In this document: in pieces, positions 35,842-44,476 of the stretch
How positions within the stretch are numbered: the first letter of the stretch is position 1
Layout: each line of letters opens with the position of its first letter
DNA from: an uncultured Flavobacteriaceae bacterium
GTDB lineage: Bacteria > Bacteroidota > Bacteroidia > Flavobacteriales > Flavobacteriaceae
Assembly: GCA_964643205.1 (NCBI GenBank)
Contig: CAZXST010000002.1
Location: 1-46,134, forward strand
DNA length: 46,134 nt
Direction: 5' to 3'
Notes under the pieces: model-generated
What the model saw: the letters and a program-made list of their open reading frames with translations, nothing else
Databases searched by the model: none
What the model was told of the DNA's origin: nothing
Position numbers and translations under genes: made by a program

Positions 35842-35926
35842 TTATTTTTATAAAAAACTTCGAATAAATGTACAATTATTTGACTTGATTTAAAATATAA
35901 CTTGTTAACAGAATTTATTAGAAATA

Positions 35927-38062
35927 TTATGGTTGCTTAATTAGTAAATTAAGAATTTCTATAGCTGTTTCACTAATTTTAGATCCAGGACCAAAAATTG
36001 CAGAAACTCCATTTTTTAAAAGAAATTTATAGTCTTGTTTTGGAATTACTCCTCCAAGAATTATTAAAATATCTTCTCTACCATAACTTTTTAATTCCTC
36101 AATTAATTTTGGTACTAATGTTTTATGACCACCTGCTAGTGTAGATATTCCTATAACGTGTACATCATTTTCAACAGCTTGTTTTGCAATTTCCTCAGGT
36201 ATTTGAAATAGAGGACCTATATCAACATCAAATCCTATATCAGCATATCCTGTTGCTACTATTTTTGCACCTCTATCATGACCGTCTTGACCTATTTTTG
36301 CAACTAATATTCTAGGGCGTCTCCCATCAAGACTAGCAAAATCATTTGCAAGTTTAACAGCATTATTAAATGATTTGTCATTGTTAATATTTGATTTATA
36401 CACTCCAGTAAAGGTTTTTATCTCTGATTTATATCTTCCGTAAATATCTTCAAGTGATGCGCTAATTTCTTCTAATGTTGCTCTTTCTTTTGCCGCATCA
36501 ATAGCCAAAGCTAACAAATTTTTATTTTTATTTTTTGCTGCGCTTTTTAATTTGAATAAAGCCTCTTTAACTTTGGAGTTATCTCTATCCAGTTTTATTT
36601 TTTTTATTCTCTTTATTTGTTGAGCTCTAACTTTATTGTTATCAACTTCTAGGTAATGTATTTCATCTTCATTATCTGCTTCAAATTTATTTACTCCAAC
36701 AATAATACTTTCTTTTGTGTCAATTTTAGCTTGCTTTTTTGCTGCCGCTTGTTCAATTCTAAGTTTTGGTATTCCTTTTTCAATTGCTTTAGTCATACCT
36801 CCAAGATTTTCAATTTCTTGAATATGATCCCATGATTTCTTAATAAGCTCATTTGTTATAGATTCTAGATAATAACTTCCTGCCCATGGGTCTACAGTAT
36901 TAGTAATTTTAATTTCATTTTGAAGATATAATTGAGTGTCTCTTGCAATTTTTGCTGAGAAATCAGTAGGCAATGCTATTGCTTCATCTAATGAATTAGT
37001 ATGTAAACTTTGTGTTCCACCAAAAACTGCTGAGCAAGCTTCTATTGTTGTTCTTGTTATATTGTTAAAAGGATCTTGTCTTGTTAAACTCCAGCCACTA
37101 GTCTGACAATGGGCTCTTAAGGCCATTGACTTATTTGATTTAGGACTAAATGTCTTAATTAGTTTAGCCCACAATACTCTAGCTGCTCTTAATTTTGCAA
37201 TTTCCATAAAATGATTCATGCCAATTCCCCAAAAAAATGATAACCTTGGAGCGAAATCATCAATTTTTAATCCAGCAATTATTCCATTTCTAACATATTC
37301 CAGACCATTTGCAAGAGTGTAAGCAAGTTCTAAATCATTTGTAGCTCCTGCTTCCTGCATATGATATCCTGAGATACTAATACTATTAAATTTTGGCATT
37401 TCTTTACTAGTAAACTTAAAAATATCAGATATGATTTCCATTGATTCTTTTGGTGGATATATGTATGTATTTCTAACCATATATTCTTTTAGTATATCGT
37501 TTTGAATAGTTCCCCTAAGATCAGAAGTTCTTACTCCTTGTTCATTTGCAGCTACTATGTAAAATGCCATTATGGGTAATACAGCACCATTCATAGTCAT
37601 TGAAACACTCATTTTATCAAGAGGAATTCCATCAAATAATATTTTCATGTCTTCTACTGAATCAATAGCTACTCCTGCTTTACCAACATCGCCATACACT
37701 CTTTTATTATCTGAATTATAACCTCGATGTGTAGGCAAATCAAATGCTACTGATAAACCTTTTTGTCCAGATTTTAAATTCTTTTTATAAAACAAATTAC
37801 TTTCTTCTGCAGTTGAATATCCTGCATATTGTCTTATAGTCCATGGTCTTGTTATATACATTGTTGAATAAGGGCCTCTTAGAAAGGGCTCAATGCCAGC
37901 TCCAAAATCTATTTGTTCAAGATTTTTTAAATCATCCTTAGAGTAATAAGATTTTAAATTTATATTCTCTGAAGTAAGAAATTTTTTACTTTTTCTTTTA
38001 ACAAAAGTCTTTGAAAAATCTAACTTTTTTAGACTAATATTTTTGAGATTCTTCCTATTCAT
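35927..38062 (-). CDS. mutB: methylmalonyl-CoA mutase, large (catalytic, B12-binding) subunit
   Basis: 711 aa. [28 protein letters not shown] and [17 protein letters not shown]-terminal cobalamin domain with [13 protein letters not shown] (DxHxxG) and GGVIP. Confidence 0.95.
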   Translation of the reverse strand: MNRKNLKNISLKKLDFSKTFVKRKSKKFLTSENINLKSYYSKDDLKNLEQIDFGAGIEPFLRGPYSTMYITRPWTIRQYAGYSTAEESNLFYKKNLKSGQKGLSVAFDLPTHRGYNSDNKRVYGDVGKAGVAIDSVEDMKILFDGIPLDKMSVSMTMNGAVLPIMAFYIVAANEQGVRTSDLRGTIQNDILKEYMVRNTYIYPPKESMEIISDIFKFTSKEMPKFNSISISGYHMQEAGATNDLELAYTLANGLEYVRNGIIAGLKIDDFAPRLSFFWGIGMNHFMEIAKLRAARVLWAKLIKTFSPKSNKSMALRAHCQTSGWSLTRQDPFNNITRTTIEACSAVFGGTQSLHTNSLDEAIALPTDFSAKIARDTQLYLQNEIKITNTVDPWAGSYYLESITNELIKKSWDHIQEIENLGGMTKAIEKGIPKLRIEQAAAKKQAKIDTKESIIVGVNKFEADNEDEIHYLEVDNNKVRAQQIKRIKKIKLDRDNSKVKEALFKLKSAAKNKNKNLLALAIDAAKERATLEEISASLEDIYGRYKSEIKTFTGVYKSNINNDKSFNNAVKLANDFASLDGRRPRILVAKIGQDGHDRGAKIVATGYADIGFDVDIGPLFQIPEEIAKQAVENDVHVIGISTLAGGHKTLVPKLIEELKSYGREDILIILGGVIPKQDYKFLLKNGVSAIFGPGSKISETAIEILNLLIKQP

Positions 38063-39425
38063 TTTTAATTCTACTTAATTCAATTTCTTCAGCTAGTCTA
38101 ATTTCAGAAATGGGTTTAATTTTTGTATTTCTTGTATTAGATTTAGTGAAAATAGGTTTATTGATTTCAGATTTAATTTTTTGATTTAAATCAGTAAAAA
38201 TATTTATCCCAAGAAGTTTTTCCTTATTATTATTAAATAATTCTTGCTCTATTTTATGACTTTTATCAATCCTTTTTTGTATTATATTTTTCTCTAATGC
38301 TGAGATAAACCCGCCTCTATTTTCTATATCCTTAAATATCTTTAATGATTCTTCAGCTATAGTATTTGCTATATTATTGATGTAATATGATCCATCTGCT
38401 GCATTTTTTACTTTATCTATATGGGTTTCATGTTTTATTATCAATAGCTGATTTAATGCTATCTTTTCAGAGTATTCATTTTTATTTTTAAAAATGCTGT
38501 CATATGTAATATTCGAAATAGTATTGGCTCCTCCAAGAATTGCTGACATGCATTCTGTTGTAGTTCTTAATATGTTATTATTATAATCAATTATAGTCTT
38601 ATTTCTTTTAGATGGTTTTGCAATTATATGAGGAAAATTTATCTCATTATTATACTCTTTAGTTATTTTTGACCAGAGAAACCTTAATGCTTTTAGTTTT
38701 GCAATTTCAAAGAAATAGTTTGACCCCATTGAGATATTAAATGCAATTTTATTTGCACATTTTCCATTAAAATGATTTAAATATTCATTCGCATGACTTA
38801 GAGTAAAGGCAATTTCTTCAAAAATATTAGCCCCTGAATTTTGGTATAATCCAGAATTGACAATTATTACATTGTTGAATTTTTCTAAAATGTTAATATT
38901 TTTATTCAATTTATCTAAATCTTCATTCATTGAAGATTTCCAGCTACCCGTTTTAGCAAAAGAGCCAATAGGGTCAAAACTTATATTAAATGAAGTTGAT
39001 GAACTTTTTATAATATCATTTAAGGATTTTAAAAATGAGTTTGAATGAAATTCAATTTTGAAAAATAACTCAATTTTTTCTATATCTATATTTTTTAATA
39101 AATCCTTACATCGGATGGAGTTATTTTGAATGATGAAATTAATACTTTCAGCTCCTTTGTTGATTAATTCAAGAGCCTTGATGTTTGCTACTGATGAATT
39201 ATCTGCACTTATATTTTGACATATTGTCCAACTATCAGGATAGTTAGAATCTACATTTTTCAAGTTATTTAGGTCATCACTTGTGTAGAATGGCTTTATT
39301 TTGATATTCTCTTTGGAATTATATGAGGTAATGTTGCTATGGCCTAATTTTTTTAAATCATCTTTAATTTTTTTATTCCATAATTTGGAATCAATTTTAC
39401 TAAATTCATCTAAAATTTTCCCCAT
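38055..39425 (-). CDS. mutA: methylmalonyl-CoA mutase small (beta) subunit-like protein, short form
   Basis: 456 aa with mutase-barrel-like similarity ([15 protein letters not shown] parallels [15 protein letters not shown] in the large subunit; [14 protein letters not shown] parallels [14 protein letters not shown]). No DxHxxG or B12 domain. 8-nt overlap with the large-subunit gene. Confidence 0.8.
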   Translation of the reverse strand: MGKILDEFSKIDSKLWNKKIKDDLKKLGHSNITSYNSKENIKIKPFYTSDDLNNLKNVDSNYPDSWTICQNISADNSSVANIKALELINKGAESINFIIQNNSIRCKDLLKNIDIEKIELFFKIEFHSNSFLKSLNDIIKSSSTSFNISFDPIGSFAKTGSWKSSMNEDLDKLNKNINILEKFNNVIIVNSGLYQNSGANIFEEIAFTLSHANEYLNHFNGKCANKIAFNISMGSNYFFEIAKLKALRFLWSKITKEYNNEINFPHIIAKPSKRNKTIIDYNNNILRTTTECMSAILGGANTISNITYDSIFKNKNEYSEKIALNQLLIIKHETHIDKVKNAADGSYYINNIANTIAEESLKIFKDIENRGGFISALEKNIIQKRIDKSHKIEQELFNNNKEKLLGINIFTDLNQKIKSEINKPIFTKSNTRNTKIKPISEIRLAEEIELSRIKNE

Positions 39426-39437
39426 GATAATTAAATA

Positions 39438-39737
39438 TTAATCATTTATAGAATCGAATTCTATAATAAATATTTCTTCATCCTCTTTTTTCATAAACAA
39501 TTTCTCTCTAGCATATTCTTCAAGACCAGAATCAGTTTTCATTTTTGACAATTCTACTTTGTCTTTTTCCATTTCACTTTTATAAAAATCTTTTTGATTC
39601 TCAAGTCTATAAACTTTTTTATTTAATTCTCTATGAACTAACCATGAATTACTATCAAAAAATAGCATCCAAATAATAAATAACATAATTATAATGAAAT
39701 ATATATTTTTGAATAATGATGGAATTTTAAATTTCAT
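39438..39737 (-). CDS. septum formation initiator family protein (FtsB/DivIC-like)
   Basis: 99 aa. N-terminal TM (IYFIIIMLFIIWMLFF) followed by a coiled coil (LENQKDFYKSEMEKDKVELSKMK) and EEYAREKLFMKKEDEEIF. ATGA overlap with udk. Confidence 0.65.
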   Translation of the reverse strand: MKFKIPSLFKNIYFIIIMLFIIWMLFFDSNSWLVHRELNKKVYRLENQKDFYKSEMEKDKVELSKMKTDSGLEEYAREKLFMKKEDEEIFIIEFDSIND

Positions 39738-40345
39738 CTTAAATTACTATTAATTACTTTTATTAGAGGAGTTATTACTAATGAATCAACCTTATTATTA
39801 TTGTCTATTATTATATCACAAAATTCTTTCATTGGTTCAACATATAGGTTGTGCATTTTATTTAGCCTAGTATTAAATAATTCAATAACTTCTTCTGCAA
39901 TTCTCCCCCTCTGATTGATATCTCTATCTAGTCTTCTTTTAAATCTTAAATTTTCAGAGGCATCAACAAAGACCTTATAATCTATTAGATCTCTTAATTT
40001 TATATTATTTAAAATTAAAATTCCTTCTATAATCATAATCTTTTTTGGTTTAACTAATTTAATTTTTTTAGTTCTATTATGATCAATAAATGAATAAATA
40101 GGTTGATTGATGTTTTTTCCATTTTTTAACAGATTAAGATGATTAATCATTAACTCAAAATCTACAGCATCTGGATGGTCAAAATTAATTTTATTTTTCT
40201 CATCAAAACTCAGATTTCCATTATCATTATAGTACGAGTCTTGAGAAATAAATCCAATATCATTTTCTCCAAATTCTTTTTTTAGTAGCTCTAAAATAGT
40301 TGTCTTACCACTACCTGTTCCCCCAGTTATTCCAACTGTTAACAT
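39734..40345 (-). CDS. udk: uridine kinase
   Basis: 203 aa. P-loop GITGGTGSGKTT, NFDHPDAVDF, MIIEGILIL and RRLDRDI. Confidence 0.93.
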   Translation of the reverse strand: MLTVGITGGTGSGKTTILELLKKEFGENDIGFISQDSYYNDNGNLSFDEKNKINFDHPDAVDFELMINHLNLLKNGKNINQPIYSFIDHNRTKKIKLVKPKKIMIIEGILILNNIKLRDLIDYKVFVDASENLRFKRRLDRDINQRGRIAEEVIELFNTRLNKMHNLYVEPMKEFCDIIIDNNNKVDSLVITPLIKVINSNLR

Positions 40346-40382
40346 CTATATCCTATTTTTATAGTTATTAGCAAATGCTTTA

Positions 40383-41489
40383 TTAATTTGGAATAAGTTT
40401 TATTATTCCCATATTCTCAACACCAACGTACATGTATCCATCAGGACCTTGTCTAATTGACCTTACTCTTCCAATGTCTTCTAAAATCCTTTCTTCTTTA
40501 TAAATTTTGTTGTTTTTTATTTTACATTTATGAAGATATTCAAATATTAATGATCCAATTAATAAATCCCCTTTTGAATTAGGATAAATATCTGATGTTA
40601 TAAAAGCCATACCACTAGGGGCAATAGATGGAACCCAGTAATGTATTGGGTCTTCCATTCCAGGAATTGAAGTTTTATTAGTAAATTTTGTTCCTATATA
40701 ATTTATTCCAAAACTTGCAAGAGGCCATCCATAATTTGCTCCTTTTTTTATAATATTTATTTCATCTCCTCCTCTTGGTCCATGTTCATGAATCCATAAT
40801 TCTTTAGTGAATGGATGTATAGCCATGCCTTGCGGATTTCTATGTCCATAACTGTATATTGCTTTTTTTGCTGACCTATTAGTAATAAAAGGATTATCAA
40901 TAGGTATTTCACCATCATCATATAGCCTATATATTTTTCCACCATCTCTATCTATATTTTGAGGATTTACATCTCTATTACCCCTATCTCCAATGGAGAA
41001 ATAAAGAAAATTATTTTGATCAAACTCAATTCTGCTTCCATAATGTCTGTCACGTTTGCTGTTTGGTAGAGCTTTATAAATGATCTCTTTTTGTATCATC
41101 ATATTTTTTTCTATTTTAAACCGCATTATTGAAGTATTAGATCCACTTTTACTTTCATTTGAGGAAGAATAAGATATGTAAATCCATCCATTATTTTTAT
41201 ATTCAGGATGAAGTTCAATATCTAACAGCCCCCCTTGATTCTTAGCAATAATTTCAGGCAACCCTTTTATTTTTGTTTTTTGCCCATTAACAAAGTGAAT
41301 TAATTCGCCTTTTCGTTCAGTAATTAAAATGGAATTATCTTCAAGAAATACAAATCCCCAGGGGACATCTAACCCAGAAACAATTAATTTATAGGAATAA
41401 TTATCGTTATAAATTGTAGTAGTTAAAGTACTAAAACTTATTAAAAACAAAAATCTAAGGAAAAAAAAATCCATTCTTTTTTTGTTCAA
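40383..41489 (-). CDS. PQQ-dependent sugar (glucose/sorbosone) dehydrogenase family beta-propeller protein
   Basis: 368 aa. LDVPWGFVFLEDNSILITERKG, NQGGLLDIELHP, HYGSRIEFD, GHRNPQGMA and EHGPRGGDEINIIKKGANYGWP. The start is either TTG 41489 (MNKKRMDFFF..., a better signal-peptide n-region) or ATG 41474. Confidence 0.8.
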   Translation of the reverse strand: MNKKRMDFFFLRFLFLISFSTLTTTIYNDNYSYKLIVSGLDVPWGFVFLEDNSILITERKGELIHFVNGQKTKIKGLPEIIAKNQGGLLDIELHPEYKNNGWIYISYSSSNESKSGSNTSIMRFKIEKNMMIQKEIIYKALPNSKRDRHYGSRIEFDQNNFLYFSIGDRGNRDVNPQNIDRDGGKIYRLYDDGEIPIDNPFITNRSAKKAIYSYGHRNPQGMAIHPFTKELWIHEHGPRGGDEINIIKKGANYGWPLASFGINYIGTKFTNKTSIPGMEDPIHYWVPSIAPSGMAFITSDIYPNSKGDLLIGSLIFEYLHKCKIKNNKIYKEERILEDIGRVRSIRQGPDGYMYVGVENMGIIKLIPN

Positions 41490-41564
41490 TTTACAAAAAA
41501 TAGAATATTCCTCTACTATTCAATTTTATATAAATTCAAAGATATAATTACACACTTTTATTAT

Positions 41565-41572
41565 TATATTTG
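41565..41572 (+). promoter_or_regulatory. candidate -7 box (TATATTTG) for trxB
   Basis: Exact TAnnTTTG only 10 nt before ATG 41583, which would give a very short leader. Confidence 0.3.
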
Positions 41573-41582
41573 AATTACTATT

Positions 41583-42515
41583 ATGGCGGAAAAAATTAAA
41601 TGTTTAATTATTGGATCAGGACCAGCTGGATATACTGCTGCAATATATGCTGCAAGAGCAAATATGAGTCCTGTTCTATATCAGGGAACAGAGCCTGGCG
41701 GACAATTAACTACTACTACTGATGTTGAGAATTTTCCCGGTTACCCAAAAGGCATTTCAGGACCTGAAATGATGATAGAATTACAACAACAGGCTGAGCG
41801 TTTTGGAACTGATGTAAGAAATGGATGGATTACAAAAGTTGATTTTAACAATGACTTAAAGTTGTGGGTTAATGATCAGGATGAATTAATTTGTGAAACT
41901 GTGATTATAGCTACTGGTGCTTCAGCAAAGTATTTAGGTCTTCCTTCAGAAAAAAAGTATTTAGAATTAGGTGGCGGTGTTTCTGCATGTGCTGTTTGTG
42001 ACGGCTTCTTTTACAAGGGTCAGGAAGTAGCAATTGCAGGAGGAGGGGATTCTGCATGTGAGGAAGCACATTATTTATCAAAATTGTGTAAAAAAGTTAC
42101 GATGCTGGTTAGAAGAGATGAATTTAGAGCTTCTAAAATAATGCAAGAAAGGGTTAAAAAAACGGATAATATAGAAATCCTTTATAATACTGAGACTAAG
42201 GAAATTTTAGGTAATAATAGTGTCGTTGAAAATGTTTTAGTTTACAATAATAAAACAACAGAGGAGAAGACTATTCCTATAACTGGTTTTTTTGTAGCAA
42301 TTGGTCATACTCCAAATACTGATATTTTTAAACCATATGTAAACATGGACAAAACAGGATATATTATAAATGAACCTGGTACTACAGCCACTAATATACC
42401 AGGTGTATTTGTCTCTGGTGATGCTTCAGATCACGTTTACAGACAAGCAGTTACTGCAGCTGGAACGGGATGTATGGCAGCTCTTGATGCAGAAAAATTT
42501 TTAGCATCAAAATAA
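41583..42515 (+). CDS. trxB: thioredoxin-disulfide reductase
   Basis: 310 aa. FAD site IIGSGPAGYTAAIYAARA, redox centre CAVCDG, NADPH site IAGGGDSACEEA and GVFVSGD. Confidence 0.96.
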   Translation: MAEKIKCLIIGSGPAGYTAAIYAARANMSPVLYQGTEPGGQLTTTTDVENFPGYPKGISGPEMMIELQQQAERFGTDVRNGWITKVDFNNDLKLWVNDQDELICETVIIATGASAKYLGLPSEKKYLELGGGVSACAVCDGFFYKGQEVAIAGGGDSACEEAHYLSKLCKKVTMLVRRDEFRASKIMQERVKKTDNIEILYNTETKEILGNNSVVENVLVYNNKTTEEKTIPITGFFVAIGHTPNTDIFKPYVNMDKTGYIINEPGTTATNIPGVFVSGDASDHVYRQAVTAAGTGCMAALDAEKFLASK

Positions 42516-42519
42516 ATCA

Positions 42520-42972
42520 ATGAAGTTTTTAAAATACAATTTATTCCTTTTAAGAAAATTACCTTCAGCATATTTTTGTGGTGCAAGAATAAAGTCTATA
42601 GATTCTAATCAATGTGAGATTAAAATAACACTTAATTGGTTTAATAAAAACCCATTTAAGTCAATGTTTTGGGCAGCTCAAGGGATGGCGGCTGAATTAA
42701 CTACTGCGTTAATGATAACTGATAAGATTAAAAAAAGTGGATATGACATATCAATGCTATTAATCTCAAACAATGCGGATTATTATAAAAAAGCTACTGG
42801 ATTAATAGTATTTAATTGTACTGAAGGAGCTAAAATAGATGAAATGATTAATAAATTAATTTCTTCAAATACTCCTCAAACCATAACCTTGTCTTCAACA
42901 GGTATAAATCAGAATAATGTAACAGTATCTAAATTTACTTTTGAATGGTCTTTAAAAATTAGAGAAAAATAA
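42520..42972 (+). CDS. small hotdog-fold/thioesterase-like protein (DUF4442-like, tentative)
   Basis: 150 aa. LRKLPSAYFCGARIKSI...NKNPFKSMFWAAQGMAAELTTALMI resembles a conserved flavobacterial family that I remember as hotdog-fold. The family name is uncertain. It lies 4 nt after trxB. Confidence 0.42.
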   Translation: MKFLKYNLFLLRKLPSAYFCGARIKSIDSNQCEIKITLNWFNKNPFKSMFWAAQGMAAELTTALMITDKIKKSGYDISMLLISNNADYYKKATGLIVFNCTEGAKIDEMINKLISSNTPQTITLSSTGINQNNVTVSKFTFEWSLKIREK

Positions 42973-42978
42973 GTTTTA

Positions 42979-43626
42979 ATGACTATCGATAGATTTATAG
43001 ATATAATTCCGAAAATTAAGGAATTAATTATTGATTCCAATGTCCCTCATTTAAAAATGGCACCTCCTTTTAGAAAGGATTTATTGCAAATGACAAGAAA
43101 TAATTATAAAAGCTCAAAAAAAGCTGGAGTTGCAGTATTATTTCATCCAAATAATAACAATAAAGTATGTTTTACACTTATTTTGAGGAATGAATATAAT
43201 GGAGTGCATTCAAATCAAATTAGTTTACCTGGCGGGAGTTATGAAAAAAATGATAAAAACATTTTTGATACTGCATTAAGGGAAACAAATGAAGAAATCG
43301 GTGTTGATGCTAATGTAGTTAAATTGATACGAAAATTGCAAAACGTGTATGTTCCTCCAAGTAATTATGATATTTCTCCATTTATGGTTTATACAGAAAA
43401 TGAAGTTAAATTTATAAGAGATGAAAATGAAGTAAAAGAAATTATTAATGTTGATTTAGAACAATTATTAATTGATGGTAATATTGAAAAAACAAAAGGA
43501 TCAAAGATTTCAAATAGGCACTTAAATACATTAGTCCCAGCCTATAAATTAAATGGATTTTTTGTTTGGGGAGCTACAGCAATGATATTATCAGAAGTAA
43601 AAGATATTATAAAGGCTGTCTTATAA
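42979..43626 (+). CDS. NUDIX hydrolase, CoA pyrophosphatase subfamily
   Basis: 215 aa. Nudix box LPGGSYEKNDKNIFDTALRETNEEIGV, preceded by the CoA-pyrophosphatase-type segment FTLILRNEYNGVHSNQISLPGG. Confidence 0.8.
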   Translation: MTIDRFIDIIPKIKELIIDSNVPHLKMAPPFRKDLLQMTRNNYKSSKKAGVAVLFHPNNNNKVCFTLILRNEYNGVHSNQISLPGGSYEKNDKNIFDTALRETNEEIGVDANVVKLIRKLQNVYVPPSNYDISPFMVYTENEVKFIRDENEVKEIINVDLEQLLIDGNIEKTKGSKISNRHLNTLVPAYKLNGFFVWGATAMILSEVKDIIKAVL

Positions 43627-43634
43627 CTTTTCTT

Positions 43635-43642
43635 TATTTTTG
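43635..43642 (+). promoter_or_regulatory. candidate -7 box (TATTTTTG) for the acyltransferase gene
   Basis: Exact TAnnTTTG 16 nt before ATG 43659, in the 32-nt gap after the NUDIX gene. Confidence 0.3.
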
Positions 43643-43658
43643 TCAATAAATTCATTAT

Positions 43659-44456
43659 ATGAGGATTATTAAAAGAAATCCTTTTGGTCACATACTTTTT
43701 TTTAAGAAATGGTTAATAAGAATTCTAGGAACTTTAACTCATAGAAGATTTCGAGGTTTTAATGAGTTAAAAATAGAAGGATCTGAAATAATAAAAAATC
43801 TTCCAGATAAAAACGTATTATTCGTCTCAAATCATCAAACCTATTTTGCAGATGTAGTTTCAATGTTTCATGTATTCAACGCAAGTTTAAAAGGTAGAGT
43901 TGATTCAATAAAAAATGTTGGATATTTATGGAATCCAAAATTGAATTTATATTTTATTGCAGCAAAGGAAACAATGTCTTCAGGATTTCTCCCAAGGTTA
44001 TTAGCTTATGCTGGCTCTGTAAGTATCGATAGAACTTGGAGAAGTCATGGGAAAAGTATAAATAGAAAAGTAAAAATGAGTGATATTTCTAAAATAGGAG
44101 TTGCTTTAAATGATGGATGGGTAATTACTTTTCCTCAAGGAACTACTACGCCTTTCAAGCCTATAAGAAAAGGAACAGCCTTTTTAATTAAACAATATAA
44201 GCCTATTGTTATTCCTGTTGTCATAGATGGATTTAGAAGATCTTTTGATAAAAAGGGAATTAGAATAAAGAAGAAGAATATACTTCAGTCTATCGAGATT
44301 AAACAACCATTGAAAATCGATTATGAAAAGGAATCTAATGAAGAGATAATCAAGAAAATAGAGTTTGCTATAGAACAGCACCCTTCATTTTTAAAAGTTC
44401 TATCAAAAGAAGAATTAAAGATGCAGCAAAAATTGAATGCTAAAAGGCAATGGTAA
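43659..44456 (+). CDS. PlsC-family (lysophospholipid / 1-acyl-sn-glycerol-3-phosphate) acyltransferase
   Basis: 265 aa. HX4D motif FVSNHQTYFAD, SIDR and FPQGTT. TATTTTTG box 16 nt upstream. Confidence 0.78.
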   Translation: MRIIKRNPFGHILFFKKWLIRILGTLTHRRFRGFNELKIEGSEIIKNLPDKNVLFVSNHQTYFADVVSMFHVFNASLKGRVDSIKNVGYLWNPKLNLYFIAAKETMSSGFLPRLLAYAGSVSIDRTWRSHGKSINRKVKMSDISKIGVALNDGWVITFPQGTTTPFKPIRKGTAFLIKQYKPIVIPVVIDGFRRSFDKKGIRIKKKNILQSIEIKQPLKIDYEKESNEEIIKKIEFAIEQHPSFLKVLSKEELKMQQKLNAKRQW

Positions 44457-44476
44457 TAATTCTACAATAGCTGTCT

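Noticed and set aside
35903-35910. Search for parS near parAB. The only palindromes noticed were TGTTAACA here (upstream of parA) and a CACGTG core at 7110..7115 inside the subtilase gene.
   Set aside because: Neither matches the 16-bp TGTTTCACGTGAAACA consensus beyond 4-bp ends or the 6-bp core. I saw no GTTTCAC/GTGAAAC inverted pair anywhere in the window by eye. A proper pattern scan allowing 2-3 mismatches is needed before concluding absence.
39426-39437. Possible cobalamin riboswitch ahead of the methylmalonyl-CoA mutase genes
   Set aside because: Only 12 nt separate mutA from the upstream ftsB-like gene, so there is no room for a ~200-nt riboswitch.
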